A program made the translations under genes and the position numbers. Positions 29,197 to 38,499 of a DNA stretch of 64,000 nt are shown piece by piece. The first letter of the stretch is position 1. Each line of letters opens with the position of its first letter. The notes under the pieces were generated by a model. The model was not told the DNA's origin. It made no database searches and saw only the letters and a program-made list of their open reading frames with translations. This DNA is from an uncultured bacterium. Lineage in GTDB: Bacteria > Bacteroidota > Bacteroidia > Bacteroidales > Bacteroidaceae. Location: positions 286,623-350,622 of the forward strand of contig CAJMPR010000004.1 of assembly GCA_905215345.1 (NCBI GenBank). The letters run 5' to 3'.

Positions 29197-30936
29197 ATGA
29201 AGAATATTATTAAACAATTCAATGCCGGTCTGGCGTTAATCACATTTTCCTTTTTCTTCTTGGTGGCTGCATGTTCCAATGATGATGAACAAGTAGAGCC
29301 GACAGTTAAAATCCCTGATACGGTATTAAGTTCCGGAATGACTTTTGCTAAAGCGGGAGGTACGCAGACTTTGAGTATATTATCCAATGTCTCGTTGGAG
29401 GTAACCAGTGATAAGGAATGGTGTGCCGTGACGCATAAGGGTACGACCGCCAAGGGAACGTATACTTATCAGGTAGCTATGGAGGTCAATCCTGATACGG
29501 ATAGCCGTACGGCTGCTATCAGTGTAGTTGCCAATGGTGAGGTGGTGGGTACTGTTACTGTTACCCAGACGGCTGCCGATGGATTGCTGATAGAAGATGC
29601 GTTGCCAATTACGGTTACCGGTGAGGGTGGTAATATCACCGTTCATCTGAAAGCAAACGGAAATTATGTTATCGATATTAAGGACGCTTGGATTAAGCAA
29701 TCTGTCCAGTCGCGTGCAATGACGGATAAAACCGAAACATTCGCGATTAGTGCCAACTATGGGGAGGAGCGTACCGGTACGATCTCCTTTACATTAGGTA
29801 CTGTTACGGAAGAAGTGACGGTGAAGCAGGTTGCTGGCTCGTTGCCCGACATAGGAATGGAGAGCGATGCAAAAACATTGGCTTCCAAAATGTATGCCGG
29901 AATCAATATCGGTAATACGCTGGAAGTGCCTAATGGACAGAACTGGGGTAATAATGCTACTGTTTCGGAAGCGTATATCAAAGGTTTGAAAACCCTTGGC
30001 TTTAATGCAGTCCGGATTCCTTGTGCCTGGAGTTCTCATGCCGATGCAACGACTTATGAGATAGATGCCAAATGGCTCAACAAGGTGGCTGATGCAGTAA
30101 ATCTTTGTTTGATTAATGATATGTATGCCATTGTCAATATTCATTGGGATGGCGGTTGGCTTGAAGATAACATTATCAGTGGTTACAGTGAAGCTATCAA
30201 TACAAAGCAGAAAACATTGTGGACGCAAATAGCTACTAAATTCAAGGATTATGATGAACATCTGTTATTTGCGGGATGTAATGAGCCGGGAATGAACGAA
30301 ACCAGTTCAAACGATGCTCTTATGACGGTTACTGCCAAGCAGACTATCATGAAGTACGAGCAGACTTTTGTAGACGCTGTGCGGGCTACCGGTGGAAATA
30401 ATGCTACCCGTTGTCTCATTGTACAGATACCCGCTACCCGTATTTCTGCCGGTTTAAGTGATTTCTCAATGCCTACGGACGTTGTATCCGGCCGCCTGAT
30501 GGTGGAAGCCCATTTCTATGATCCTTATCAATTCTGTTTGATGGAGGAAGATGCAAATTGGGGTAAGGTATTTTGGTATTGGGGAACAGCTAATCATGTG
30601 AATGGCTCGGAACATAATGCTACATCGGGCAGTGAAGAAAACTATGTGCAGGAGCAGTTCCAAAAAATGAAAGAGACATTTGTGGATGCCGGTTATCCGG
30701 TGATTATCGGAGAATACAGTGCGATGAAACGTACTGTCAGCGAGAATCAGGAAAAACATAACGCAAGTCGTGCCTACTGGAATGAAGTAGTTACCCGTGA
30801 GGCGAAGAGTCATGGTATCGTACCTTTCTATTGGGAAACCAACGGAGACATTAACCGCAGTACCGGTGAGGCAAAAGAAAAATATGCTATTGACGGTATA
30901 ATGAAAGGGGCCGCTGCCGGTAATTATCCTTATTAA
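29197..30936 (+). CDS. Surface lipoprotein with 2 BACON-like domains + GH5 endoglucanase (likely GH5_4 endo-xyloglucanase)
   Basis: Lipobox VAAC followed by SNDDE; two W...N...R BACON-like repeats; GINIGNTLE, VRIPCAW, NIHWDGGW, NEP acid/base, IIGEY nucleophile, PFYWE. Confidence 0.9.
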   Translation: MKNIIKQFNAGLALITFSFFFLVAACSNDDEQVEPTVKIPDTVLSSGMTFAKAGGTQTLSILSNVSLEVTSDKEWCAVTHKGTTAKGTYTYQVAMEVNPDTDSRTAAISVVANGEVVGTVTVTQTAADGLLIEDALPITVTGEGGNITVHLKANGNYVIDIKDAWIKQSVQSRAMTDKTETFAISANYGEERTGTISFTLGTVTEEVTVKQVAGSLPDIGMESDAKTLASKMYAGINIGNTLEVPNGQNWGNNATVSEAYIKGLKTLGFNAVRIPCAWSSHADATTYEIDAKWLNKVADAVNLCLINDMYAIVNIHWDGGWLEDNIISGYSEAINTKQKTLWTQIATKFKDYDEHLLFAGCNEPGMNETSSNDALMTVTAKQTIMKYEQTFVDAVRATGGNNATRCLIVQIPATRISAGLSDFSMPTDVVSGRLMVEAHFYDPYQFCLMEEDANWGKVFWYWGTANHVNGSEHNATSGSEENYVQEQFQKMKETFVDAGYPVIIGEYSAMKRTVSENQEKHNASRAYWNEVVTREAKSHGIVPFYWETNGDINRSTGEAKEKYAIDGIMKGAAAGNYPY

Positions 30937-31175
30937 ACAACTTCTTAGAATGCAACATAAGTTTTTCATAGATATCTAAGGATTAGAGATTGTTAATACA
31001 GGTTTTTTTGATTGGTTTTGGGGAGCATGTCCGTGACGGAAGTGTTCCCCTCATTTCGTGCCTGGAAGGCTGGAAGGCAATCTCGAATGATAATAAAAAA
31101 TAACTTTTTCTCTTGCTTTTCCGCCTCCTTTTTGTTTCATTTGCAAGAGAATAATTTTTACCTATATCTAATAAT

Positions 31176-34100
31176 ATGAAGAGAATACAAGTACTCATCT
31201 TATGGATTGTGGCATTCTGCCTGCCTGCTGCCGCGCATGATTATATGTTCAAGCATTTGGAAGTAAAAGACGGACTGTCCAATAATCAAGTCAACTCTAT
31301 TTACAAAGACTCAAGAGGTTTCATGTGGTTTGGCACGGCTTCGGGGTTGAACCGTTATGATGGCTACGGCATCAAGGTGTATCGCAGCCGGCAGGATGAT
31401 GAAAGATCTTTGCCCGATAGCTATATAGAAAAGGTACAGGAAGATGCTTCGGGTAATCTATGGATAGAAACAGGAGCCGGTTATGCTATCTACAACGCTG
31501 CTTCGAACGACTTTAACCGTGATGTGGAGAAGTGGATGTGGAATATAGGCATTTCAGGACGACCGAATCTTATTTATATAGATAAAGAGAAAAACTACTG
31601 GATTTATGTCATGGGTAAAGGAGTATATCGGTATAAGGCGGGAGACAAAGCGGCTGAGATAGTGAAGATAGCCGACGAGAAGTTTCTGGCAACAGAAATA
31701 ACCGATATAACCGAATGTGATAAAGGAATCCTGTTGGTTAATGCCAACGGGGTGATAGCTTGTATCGATGCCCGGAAGTTGGAGCCTGAATGGATGAACA
31801 AGGACATTGCAGAAGAGTGGGGGAATGGGAGGAATATTGTGTTCACCCTGTTTGTAGACCGTAATGACCGGGTATGGATATACAGTGTGGAGGGCATGTG
31901 GATTTATAGCCTTTCGCGTAAAGTCTGGGAGTCCCGTTCTATTCGCGGAGATACTTACGATGCCGTACGGGCATTGGCACAGGATAAGAACGGACGTATA
32001 TGGGTAGGCAGAGACCAGGACGGTATTGAAATTATTGGTGGACAGGGTACTCATTTGAAACTGGTGAATGATGCCAGTAATGACCGTACATTATCTAATA
32101 ATACGATTACTGCACTTTATGAGGATGCTTCCGGAACGATGTGGGTGGGAACCTACAAAAAGGGAATTTCGTTCTATAACGAGAGTGCCTTTAAATTCGG
32201 TATTGTAGATGTGGGTGATGTGAATTGTGTGGAAGACGGCAAGAATAATATCGTGTGGCTGGGTACGAACGATAATGGTTTGGTACGCTGGAACATGGCA
32301 ACCGGAGAACGGAAGATATTCTCGCATACAACGGATGCGTATTCTATTTCCAGCAATGTAGTCGTATGCCTCCTGCAAGGTAGTGATGGCAAACTTTGGG
32401 CGGGAACCTTTTGGGGAGGATTGAATTGCTATGACGGTAATCGCTTTATCCATTATCGTGCCGGTAAGGGACAGGATGGAAACAATACGTTGGTCTACGA
32501 CAATGTCTGGGCTTTGGCGGAGGATGCCGACGGCTATATATGGATTGGTACATTGGGTGGAGGTGTACAATGCCTCAATCCCAAGACCGGAATTTTTGAA
32601 ACTTATTATACGGGTAATTCCAATCTGGTATCCGATTATATATCTTCTCTTTGTATAGGACGTGATCATACCTTATTGATAGGTACATCGGCTGGTATGA
32701 GTATTATGGATTTGGATACCAGAAAGATAACTAACTTTGCCGGTACAAAGTCAGGTAAGGCACGGTTCTCCAACCAGAATATAAATCAAGTGTATGAAGA
32801 TAGCCGTGGCTTGTTTTGGATAGCTACCCGCGAGGGACTCAATGTGTACGATCCGAAACGGGATGAACTTTTTGAAGTATCCATCAAACCGGATTTCTCA
32901 AAGTTATTCATCTTGGGAATTACCGAAGATAATAACAGAAGTATGTGGGTGAGTACAGGCGGTGAACTTATAAATGTAGTGCCCTCTGCCGATACCAAGA
33001 CCGGGCAAATAACTTTCCGTAGCTATACTTATAATGATAAGGACGGGTTACAAAGTTGTGATTTCAACCAACGCTCGCTCAAACGCTTGCATACGGGAGA
33101 AATTGTAGTTGGAGGACTGTATGGCTTGAACCGTTTTAATCCTGACAACATCAAATACAACCATACTTTGCCTAAAGTGATGTTTACCGGTTTCCAACTG
33201 TTCAACCGGGATGTGGATGTTGGCGAGAAATGTGATGGGCGTATCATCCTGACGGAAGCCTTGAACAGTATCAAAGAGGTGGTGCTGGATTATAAACAGA
33301 ATGTATTTACCGTCTTGTTTGCATCTGACAATTATGTATTACCCGATAAGACACGGTATTTCTATAAACTCGAAGGATTCAATGAAGACTGGCTGGAAGA
33401 AACGGCGGATATGCACCGGGTTACTTATACTAACTTGGCCCCCGGTACTTATGCCTTGAAGGTGAAAGCAACCAACAGTGATGGCTATGCCGGTACGGAA
33501 GAGGCGAGCTTGAAAATCGTTATCCTGCCTCCTTTCTGGATGACTCCGTGGGCATATACCTGTTATGTACTTTTGATTATTAGTGCCGTATGCTTATCGC
33601 TCTATACCGTACAGCGCCGGGAACGTAATAAGTTCAAGATCCGCCAAATGGAACAGGATGCCAGAAAGAACGAAGAAGTCAACCAAATGAAGTTTCGCTT
33701 CTTTACGAATGTCAGCCATGAACTTCGTACTCCGTTGACGTTGATTATTTCACCGCTGGAAAGTTTGATGAAAGACGCGACCGATGAAAAACGACTGGAT
33801 AAACTCAAGCTGATGCACCGTAACGCTTTGCGCTTGTTGACGTTGGTAAACCAGTTACTGGACTTCCGTAAAAATGAAGTAGCAGGACTGCATCTGAGCC
33901 TTTCCGAAGGGGACGTCGTGGCTTATGTACGTAATATTTGCAGTTCTTTCCTCATGCTTTCTGAGAAAAAGAATGTACATCTCACTTTCTTCTCGGCTAT
34001 CGACCATTTGAATATGGCTTTCGATGAAGACAAAGTAGGAAAGATCGTGATGAACTTATTGTCCAATGCTTTCAAGTTTACTCCGGAGGGAGGGCGTGTA

Positions 34101-35243
34101 GACGTATCGATAGATGTCCTGAAGGAAACGCCGGAAATGCTGGAAATAAAAGTTTCTGATACGGGTACCGGTATCAGTAATGAGAATAAAGAACGTATTT
34201 TCGAACGTTTCTACCAGGTGGAACAGGAAGGTGACAATCATCAAAGTACGGGTAGCGGTATCGGTTTGAGCCTGGTTCGTGATTTCGTGACGTTGCATGG
34301 AGGTACGGTGCGGGTATTCGATAATGTCGGTACGGGTAGTGTCTTTGTGGTAAATCTTCCTGTGAAGCATAAGGAATTATCTTCGGATAATAGTGAACTG
34401 TCTGCCGAAGATAATGTATTGCCTTCCGATGGAGAAGAGCTGTCTTCCGACCAGACTCCTGAGGAAGTATTGGCAGAGGCGGAGAAGGAGAAACCGTTGG
34501 CATTGATTGTAGATGATAATGAGGACCTTATCGATTTTATGAAGGATGCGCTCAGCCTGTACTTCAGGGTGAAATCGGCAACCAATGGCAGGGAGGCCTG
34601 GCAGATGATTCCCGATTTGATGCCGGATATTATAGTGAGTGACGTGATGATGCCCGAAATGGATGGTAATGAACTTTGCCGTTGGGTGAAGTCGGATAAA
34701 CGTACTTCCAACATTCCGTTCATACTGCTCACAGCCAAGCAGGCGATAGAGGACAAGGTGGAAGGACTGACAATCGGTGCGGATGATTATGTTACAAAGC
34801 CATTCAACGTGGAAGTACTGGTGTTGCGTATGCGTAAGCTGATTGACTGGAGCCGGAGGAATAAATCGCGTACTCATATAGACCCTGAGCCGAGCGAAAT
34901 AGTAATTACCTCTTTGGACGAACAGTTAGTGGCGAAGGCTATAAAATATGTAGAAGACCATATATCCCGGCCAGACTTGTCGGTAGAGGTATTAAGTCGT
35001 GAGTTGGGTATGAGCCGGGTGCAACTTTATAAGAAGCTTTTGCAGATTACGGGTAAGACGCCTACCGAGTTTATACGCATTATCCGCTTGAAACGGGCGA
35101 TGCAATTCTTGCGCGAGAGTCAGTTGAACGTGTCCGAGATTGCTTATAATGTGGGCTTTAACAACCCCAAGTATTTCACGAAATATTTCAAGGAAGAATT
35201 TGGCGTTTTGCCCTCTGTCTTTCAGGAAAAGGAGGGTAAATAA
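31176..35243 (+). CDS. Hybrid two-component system sensor/regulator
   Basis: Reg_prop beta-propeller repeats, YYY domain, TM, SHELRTPLTLI, NLLSNAFKFT, GSGIGL, receiver DVMMP, AraC-type GFNNPKYFTKYFKEEFG. Confidence 0.97.
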   Translation: MKRIQVLILWIVAFCLPAAAHDYMFKHLEVKDGLSNNQVNSIYKDSRGFMWFGTASGLNRYDGYGIKVYRSRQDDERSLPDSYIEKVQEDASGNLWIETGAGYAIYNAASNDFNRDVEKWMWNIGISGRPNLIYIDKEKNYWIYVMGKGVYRYKAGDKAAEIVKIADEKFLATEITDITECDKGILLVNANGVIACIDARKLEPEWMNKDIAEEWGNGRNIVFTLFVDRNDRVWIYSVEGMWIYSLSRKVWESRSIRGDTYDAVRALAQDKNGRIWVGRDQDGIEIIGGQGTHLKLVNDASNDRTLSNNTITALYEDASGTMWVGTYKKGISFYNESAFKFGIVDVGDVNCVEDGKNNIVWLGTNDNGLVRWNMATGERKIFSHTTDAYSISSNVVVCLLQGSDGKLWAGTFWGGLNCYDGNRFIHYRAGKGQDGNNTLVYDNVWALAEDADGYIWIGTLGGGVQCLNPKTGIFETYYTGNSNLVSDYISSLCIGRDHTLLIGTSAGMSIMDLDTRKITNFAGTKSGKARFSNQNINQVYEDSRGLFWIATREGLNVYDPKRDELFEVSIKPDFSKLFILGITEDNNRSMWVSTGGELINVVPSADTKTGQITFRSYTYNDKDGLQSCDFNQRSLKRLHTGEIVVGGLYGLNRFNPDNIKYNHTLPKVMFTGFQLFNRDVDVGEKCDGRIILTEALNSIKEVVLDYKQNVFTVLFASDNYVLPDKTRYFYKLEGFNEDWLEETADMHRVTYTNLAPGTYALKVKATNSDGYAGTEEASLKIVILPPFWMTPWAYTCYVLLIISAVCLSLYTVQRRERNKFKIRQMEQDARKNEEVNQMKFRFFTNVSHELRTPLTLIISPLESLMKDATDEKRLDKLKLMHRNALRLLTLVNQLLDFRKNEVAGLHLSLSEGDVVAYVRNICSSFLMLSEKKNVHLTFFSAIDHLNMAFDEDKVGKIVMNLLSNAFKFTPEGGRVDVSIDVLKETPEMLEIKVSDTGTGISNENKERIFERFYQVEQEGDNHQSTGSGIGLSLVRDFVTLHGGTVRVFDNVGTGSVFVVNLPVKHKELSSDNSELSAEDNVLPSDGEELSSDQTPEEVLAEAEKEKPLALIVDDNEDLIDFMKDALSLYFRVKSATNGREAWQMIPDLMPDIIVSDVMMPEMDGNELCRWVKSDKRTSNIPFILLTAKQAIEDKVEGLTIGADDYVTKPFNVEVLVLRMRKLIDWSRRNKSRTHIDPEPSEIVITSLDEQLVAKAIKYVEDHISRPDLSVEVLSRELGMSRVQLYKKLLQITGKTPTEFIRIIRLKRAMQFLRESQLNVSEIAYNVGFNNPKYFTKYFKEEFGVLPSVFQEKEGK

Positions 35244-35348
35244 CAAAAGATACCTATAAAGGAAACATATCGTCTTTTTATAAATCAAAAAAGCCCTTTC
35301 GTCTCAACATCGAAAGGGCTTTTTAGGCTTAAAACGTTCTATCTTTAC
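35242..35348 (+). promoter_or_regulatory. Putative HTCS operator upstream of GH31, overlapping the HTCS terminator
   Basis: AACAAAAGATACC-N9-AACATATCGT at 35242; terminator AAAAAGCCCTTTCG...CGAAAGGGCTTTTT at ~35288-35324; TATCTTTA near 35340. Confidence 0.55.
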
Positions 35349-35436
35349 ACTCAGAGAAAGTGGACAAGGTTTCTTCCTCGCTCCCCTTGTCAACTAAGAC
35401 CTCGTTACTTGAATATATAACTTTAAAATTTATAAT

Positions 35437-38325
35437 ATGAAATTGAAAAGCACTTCAGTTTATTTACTTGCCGGGTGGCTCCTTGCAGCGTGTGCCGGAA
35501 GCGGTTACGAGAAAACCGACAAGGGTGTAATTATAGAAGTAAAACAACAACAACCTACTGATGTAAAAAAAGTACGCTTGGAAGTAATGGGCGAAAAGCT
35601 GATACATGTATCGGCTACTCCAGAAAAGAACTTCTCCAAAGAAAAAAGTCTGATTGTAATTCCACAGGAGCAAAAGGTGGACTTCAAGGTAGAAGATAAC
35701 GGGGATGCAATTACGGTGAAGACATCGCAATTGTCGGCTACCGTGTCCAAATTAACGGGTGAAGTCCGGTTTGCAGATGCCGATGGTAAACTGATATTGG
35801 CGGAAGAACAACAGGGAAAGAGCTTTACTCCTATTGAAGTAGAAGGCACGAAAGCGTATACGGTTCGCCAAGTATTCCAGTCTGCCGATGACGAGGCTTT
35901 CTACGGATTGGGACAGCATCAGGCTGACGAATTTAATTATAAGGGAAAGAATGAAGAACTTTTCCAATATAATACGAAGGTATCCGTACCTTTCATTGTG
36001 TCCAATAAGAACTACGGTGTACTGTGGGACAGCTATTCGTTGTGCCGTTTCGGTGACCCGCGTGACTATTCGCAACTAAGCAGTGTATTCAAACTTTATG
36101 ATAAAGAAGGGTTGGAAGGTGCTTTGACGGGAACTTATGTTCCGTCTCCCCAATCGGATGCGGAAACATTGGTGCGCCGGGAAGACTCGCTCTATTTTGA
36201 ACACCTGAAAAGAGGTGACTTGTCCAAAGTGGTGAATTTGCCTGAAGGTTTCCCGTTGATGGGTTCGCAAGTGACCTATGAAGGAGAAATAGAACCGTCG
36301 GAGAGCGGGACTTTCCGTTTCATCCTTTATTATGCCGGATATACGAAGGTATATATTAATAATGAATTGGTAGTTCCCGAACGTTGGCGTACGGCATGGA
36401 ACCCGAATAGCTATAAGTTTGCCGTTAATCTGGAAGCCGGTAAACGTGTACCTTTGAAAATAGAATGGATTCCCGACGGCTATGTCTCTTATTGCGGATT
36501 GCGTGCCTTGAGTCCCGTTCCCACCGAGGAACAGAACAAACTTGCCTGGTGGGGTGAGATGCAGAACGAGATTGACTATTACTTCGTTTACGGTGACAAT
36601 ATGGACGAGGTTATTAGCGGCTACCGTGCTTTGACAGGCAAATCGCAGATCATGCCCAAGTGGGCGATGGGTTACTGGCAGAGCCGCGAGCGCTATAAGA
36701 CGCAGGACGAAATATTGGGAGCTTTGAAAGAATTCCGTAAACGTCAGATTCCTATCGACAACATCGTGCTCGATTGGAGCTATTGGCCTGAGGATGCTTG
36801 GGGTAGTCATGAGTTTGACAAAGTACGTTTCCCCAACCCGAAAGCAATGGTCGATTCTATCCATGCAATGAATGCCAAGATGATGATTTCCGTTTGGCCG
36901 AAGTTTTATGCAAGTACGGAACATTACAAAGAATTCGATAAGAACGGCTGGATGTATCAGCAGGCTATCAAAGACAGTATCCGCGACTGGATCGGTCCCG
37001 GTTATATCGGTTCGTTCTACGATGCTTACGATGCGGATGCCCGTAAGCTGTTCTGGAAACAAATGCAGGATCATCTTTATACGCTCGGCATCGATGCCTG
37101 GTGGATGGATGCCAGCGAACCGAATATTCGTGACTGTACGGATATTCAGTATCGCAAGGCTCTTTGCGGTCCGACGGCCCTTGGACCTTCCGCCCAATAT
37201 TTCAATGCTTATGCTTTGATGAATGCTGAGGCTATCTATGACGGACAGCGCAGCGCAGATAATGACAAACGTGTGTTCTTGTTGACCCGTTCGGGCTTTG
37301 CGGGCTTGCAACGCTACTCTACCGCTACATGGAGCGGGGATATTGCTACACGTTGGGAAGATATGAAAGCTCAGATTTCCGCCGGATTGAACTTTGCCGT
37401 GAGCGGTATCCCTTACTGGACAATGGACATCGGCGGTTTTTGCGTGGAAAGACGTTATGAGGACGGACAACGCGAGTTTGACAAGACCGGCCGTGAGAAT
37501 ACGGATTATAAGGAGTGGAGAGAGTTGAATACACGCTGGTATCAGTTCGGAGCTTTCTGTCCGTTGTTCCGTGCGCATGGTCAATATCCGTTCCGCGAGG
37601 TTTGGAACATTGCACCCGAGGGACATCCCTGTTATAATTCCATTGTGTATTATACCAAGTTACGTTATAATATGATGCCTTATATCTATTCGTTGGCAGG
37701 AATGACGTTTTTCAATGATTATACCATTATGCGTCCGTTGGTAATGGACTTTGCGGAAGATGTAAATGTAAATAATATAGGTGACCAGTTTATGTTCGGT
37801 CCTGCAATCATGGCAGCTCCGGTATATGAATATGGCGCACGCAACCGTGAAGTGTACTTTCCTGCCGGTATCGGTTGGTATGACTTCTATTCAGGCAAAT
37901 ACGTTGCGGGTGGGCAAAAGTTGACGGTGGATGCTCCCTACGAACGTATTCCGTTATATGTGCGCCAAGGTGCTATCGTCCCTTATGGTCCCGACATGCA
38001 GTATAGCAATGAGAAACCGGCTTCGGAAATAACTCTCTATATCTATACAGGTAAAGATGGTGTATTTACTCTCTACGAAGACGAAGGTGTGAATTATAAT
38101 TATGAGAAAGGACAATACGCTACTATTCCTTTTACTTACAACGAAGCTGATGCGATTCTGACTATCGGTGAACGCGTGGGTGAATTCCCCGGTATGCTGA
38201 AAGAGCGTACATTCAATGTTGTAAAAGTCAGTAAAGACCAACCGCAACCATTCGATCTGAAAGCGAAAGGCACGGTTGTGAAGTATAATGGGACGGAACA
38301 GAGTGTGAAATTATTAAATAAGTAA
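35437..38325 (+). CDS. GH31 alpha-xylosidase with PA14-like insert
   Basis: FYGLGQHQ, PKWAMGYWQSRERY, WWMDASEP nucleophile, WSGDI, WTMDIGGF, FGAFCPLFRAHG. Confidence 0.93.
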   Translation: MKLKSTSVYLLAGWLLAACAGSGYEKTDKGVIIEVKQQQPTDVKKVRLEVMGEKLIHVSATPEKNFSKEKSLIVIPQEQKVDFKVEDNGDAITVKTSQLSATVSKLTGEVRFADADGKLILAEEQQGKSFTPIEVEGTKAYTVRQVFQSADDEAFYGLGQHQADEFNYKGKNEELFQYNTKVSVPFIVSNKNYGVLWDSYSLCRFGDPRDYSQLSSVFKLYDKEGLEGALTGTYVPSPQSDAETLVRREDSLYFEHLKRGDLSKVVNLPEGFPLMGSQVTYEGEIEPSESGTFRFILYYAGYTKVYINNELVVPERWRTAWNPNSYKFAVNLEAGKRVPLKIEWIPDGYVSYCGLRALSPVPTEEQNKLAWWGEMQNEIDYYFVYGDNMDEVISGYRALTGKSQIMPKWAMGYWQSRERYKTQDEILGALKEFRKRQIPIDNIVLDWSYWPEDAWGSHEFDKVRFPNPKAMVDSIHAMNAKMMISVWPKFYASTEHYKEFDKNGWMYQQAIKDSIRDWIGPGYIGSFYDAYDADARKLFWKQMQDHLYTLGIDAWWMDASEPNIRDCTDIQYRKALCGPTALGPSAQYFNAYALMNAEAIYDGQRSADNDKRVFLLTRSGFAGLQRYSTATWSGDIATRWEDMKAQISAGLNFAVSGIPYWTMDIGGFCVERRYEDGQREFDKTGRENTDYKEWRELNTRWYQFGAFCPLFRAHGQYPFREVWNIAPEGHPCYNSIVYYTKLRYNMMPYIYSLAGMTFFNDYTIMRPLVMDFAEDVNVNNIGDQFMFGPAIMAAPVYEYGARNREVYFPAGIGWYDFYSGKYVAGGQKLTVDAPYERIPLYVRQGAIVPYGPDMQYSNEKPASEITLYIYTGKDGVFTLYEDEGVNYNYEKGQYATIPFTYNEADAILTIGERVGEFPGMLKERTFNVVKVSKDQPQPFDLKAKGTVVKYNGTEQSVKLLNK

Positions 38326-38330
38326 ATGAT

Positions 38331-38481
38331 AATTTAGCGGCTTCACCGCTAAATTAAGTGATAAGTTGTTAGTGATTAGTGATTGGTTTGTGTCTCCATG
38401 CGGAATAACGGCGCAGCTTAATCATAAGCAAATCACTAATCATTAACAACTTATCACTGCGAAGCTCCGCTTCGCTAAATT
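38331..38481. repeat. Palindromic element built from 7-bp AGTGATT-like units with flanking short hairpins
   Basis: 28 bp inverted repeat 38357-38384 / 38431-38458 (27 of 28); AATTTAGCGG..CCGCTAAATT and GCGAAGC..GCTTCGC hairpins. Confidence 0.88.
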
Positions 38482-38499
38482 CCCATTTGTATTCTTATT

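Noticed and set aside
36076..37626. 516-aa antisense ORF
   Set aside because: Lies entirely opposite the GH31 gene and has no recognisable motif; a shadow ORF, like the many shorter antisense ORFs in the track.
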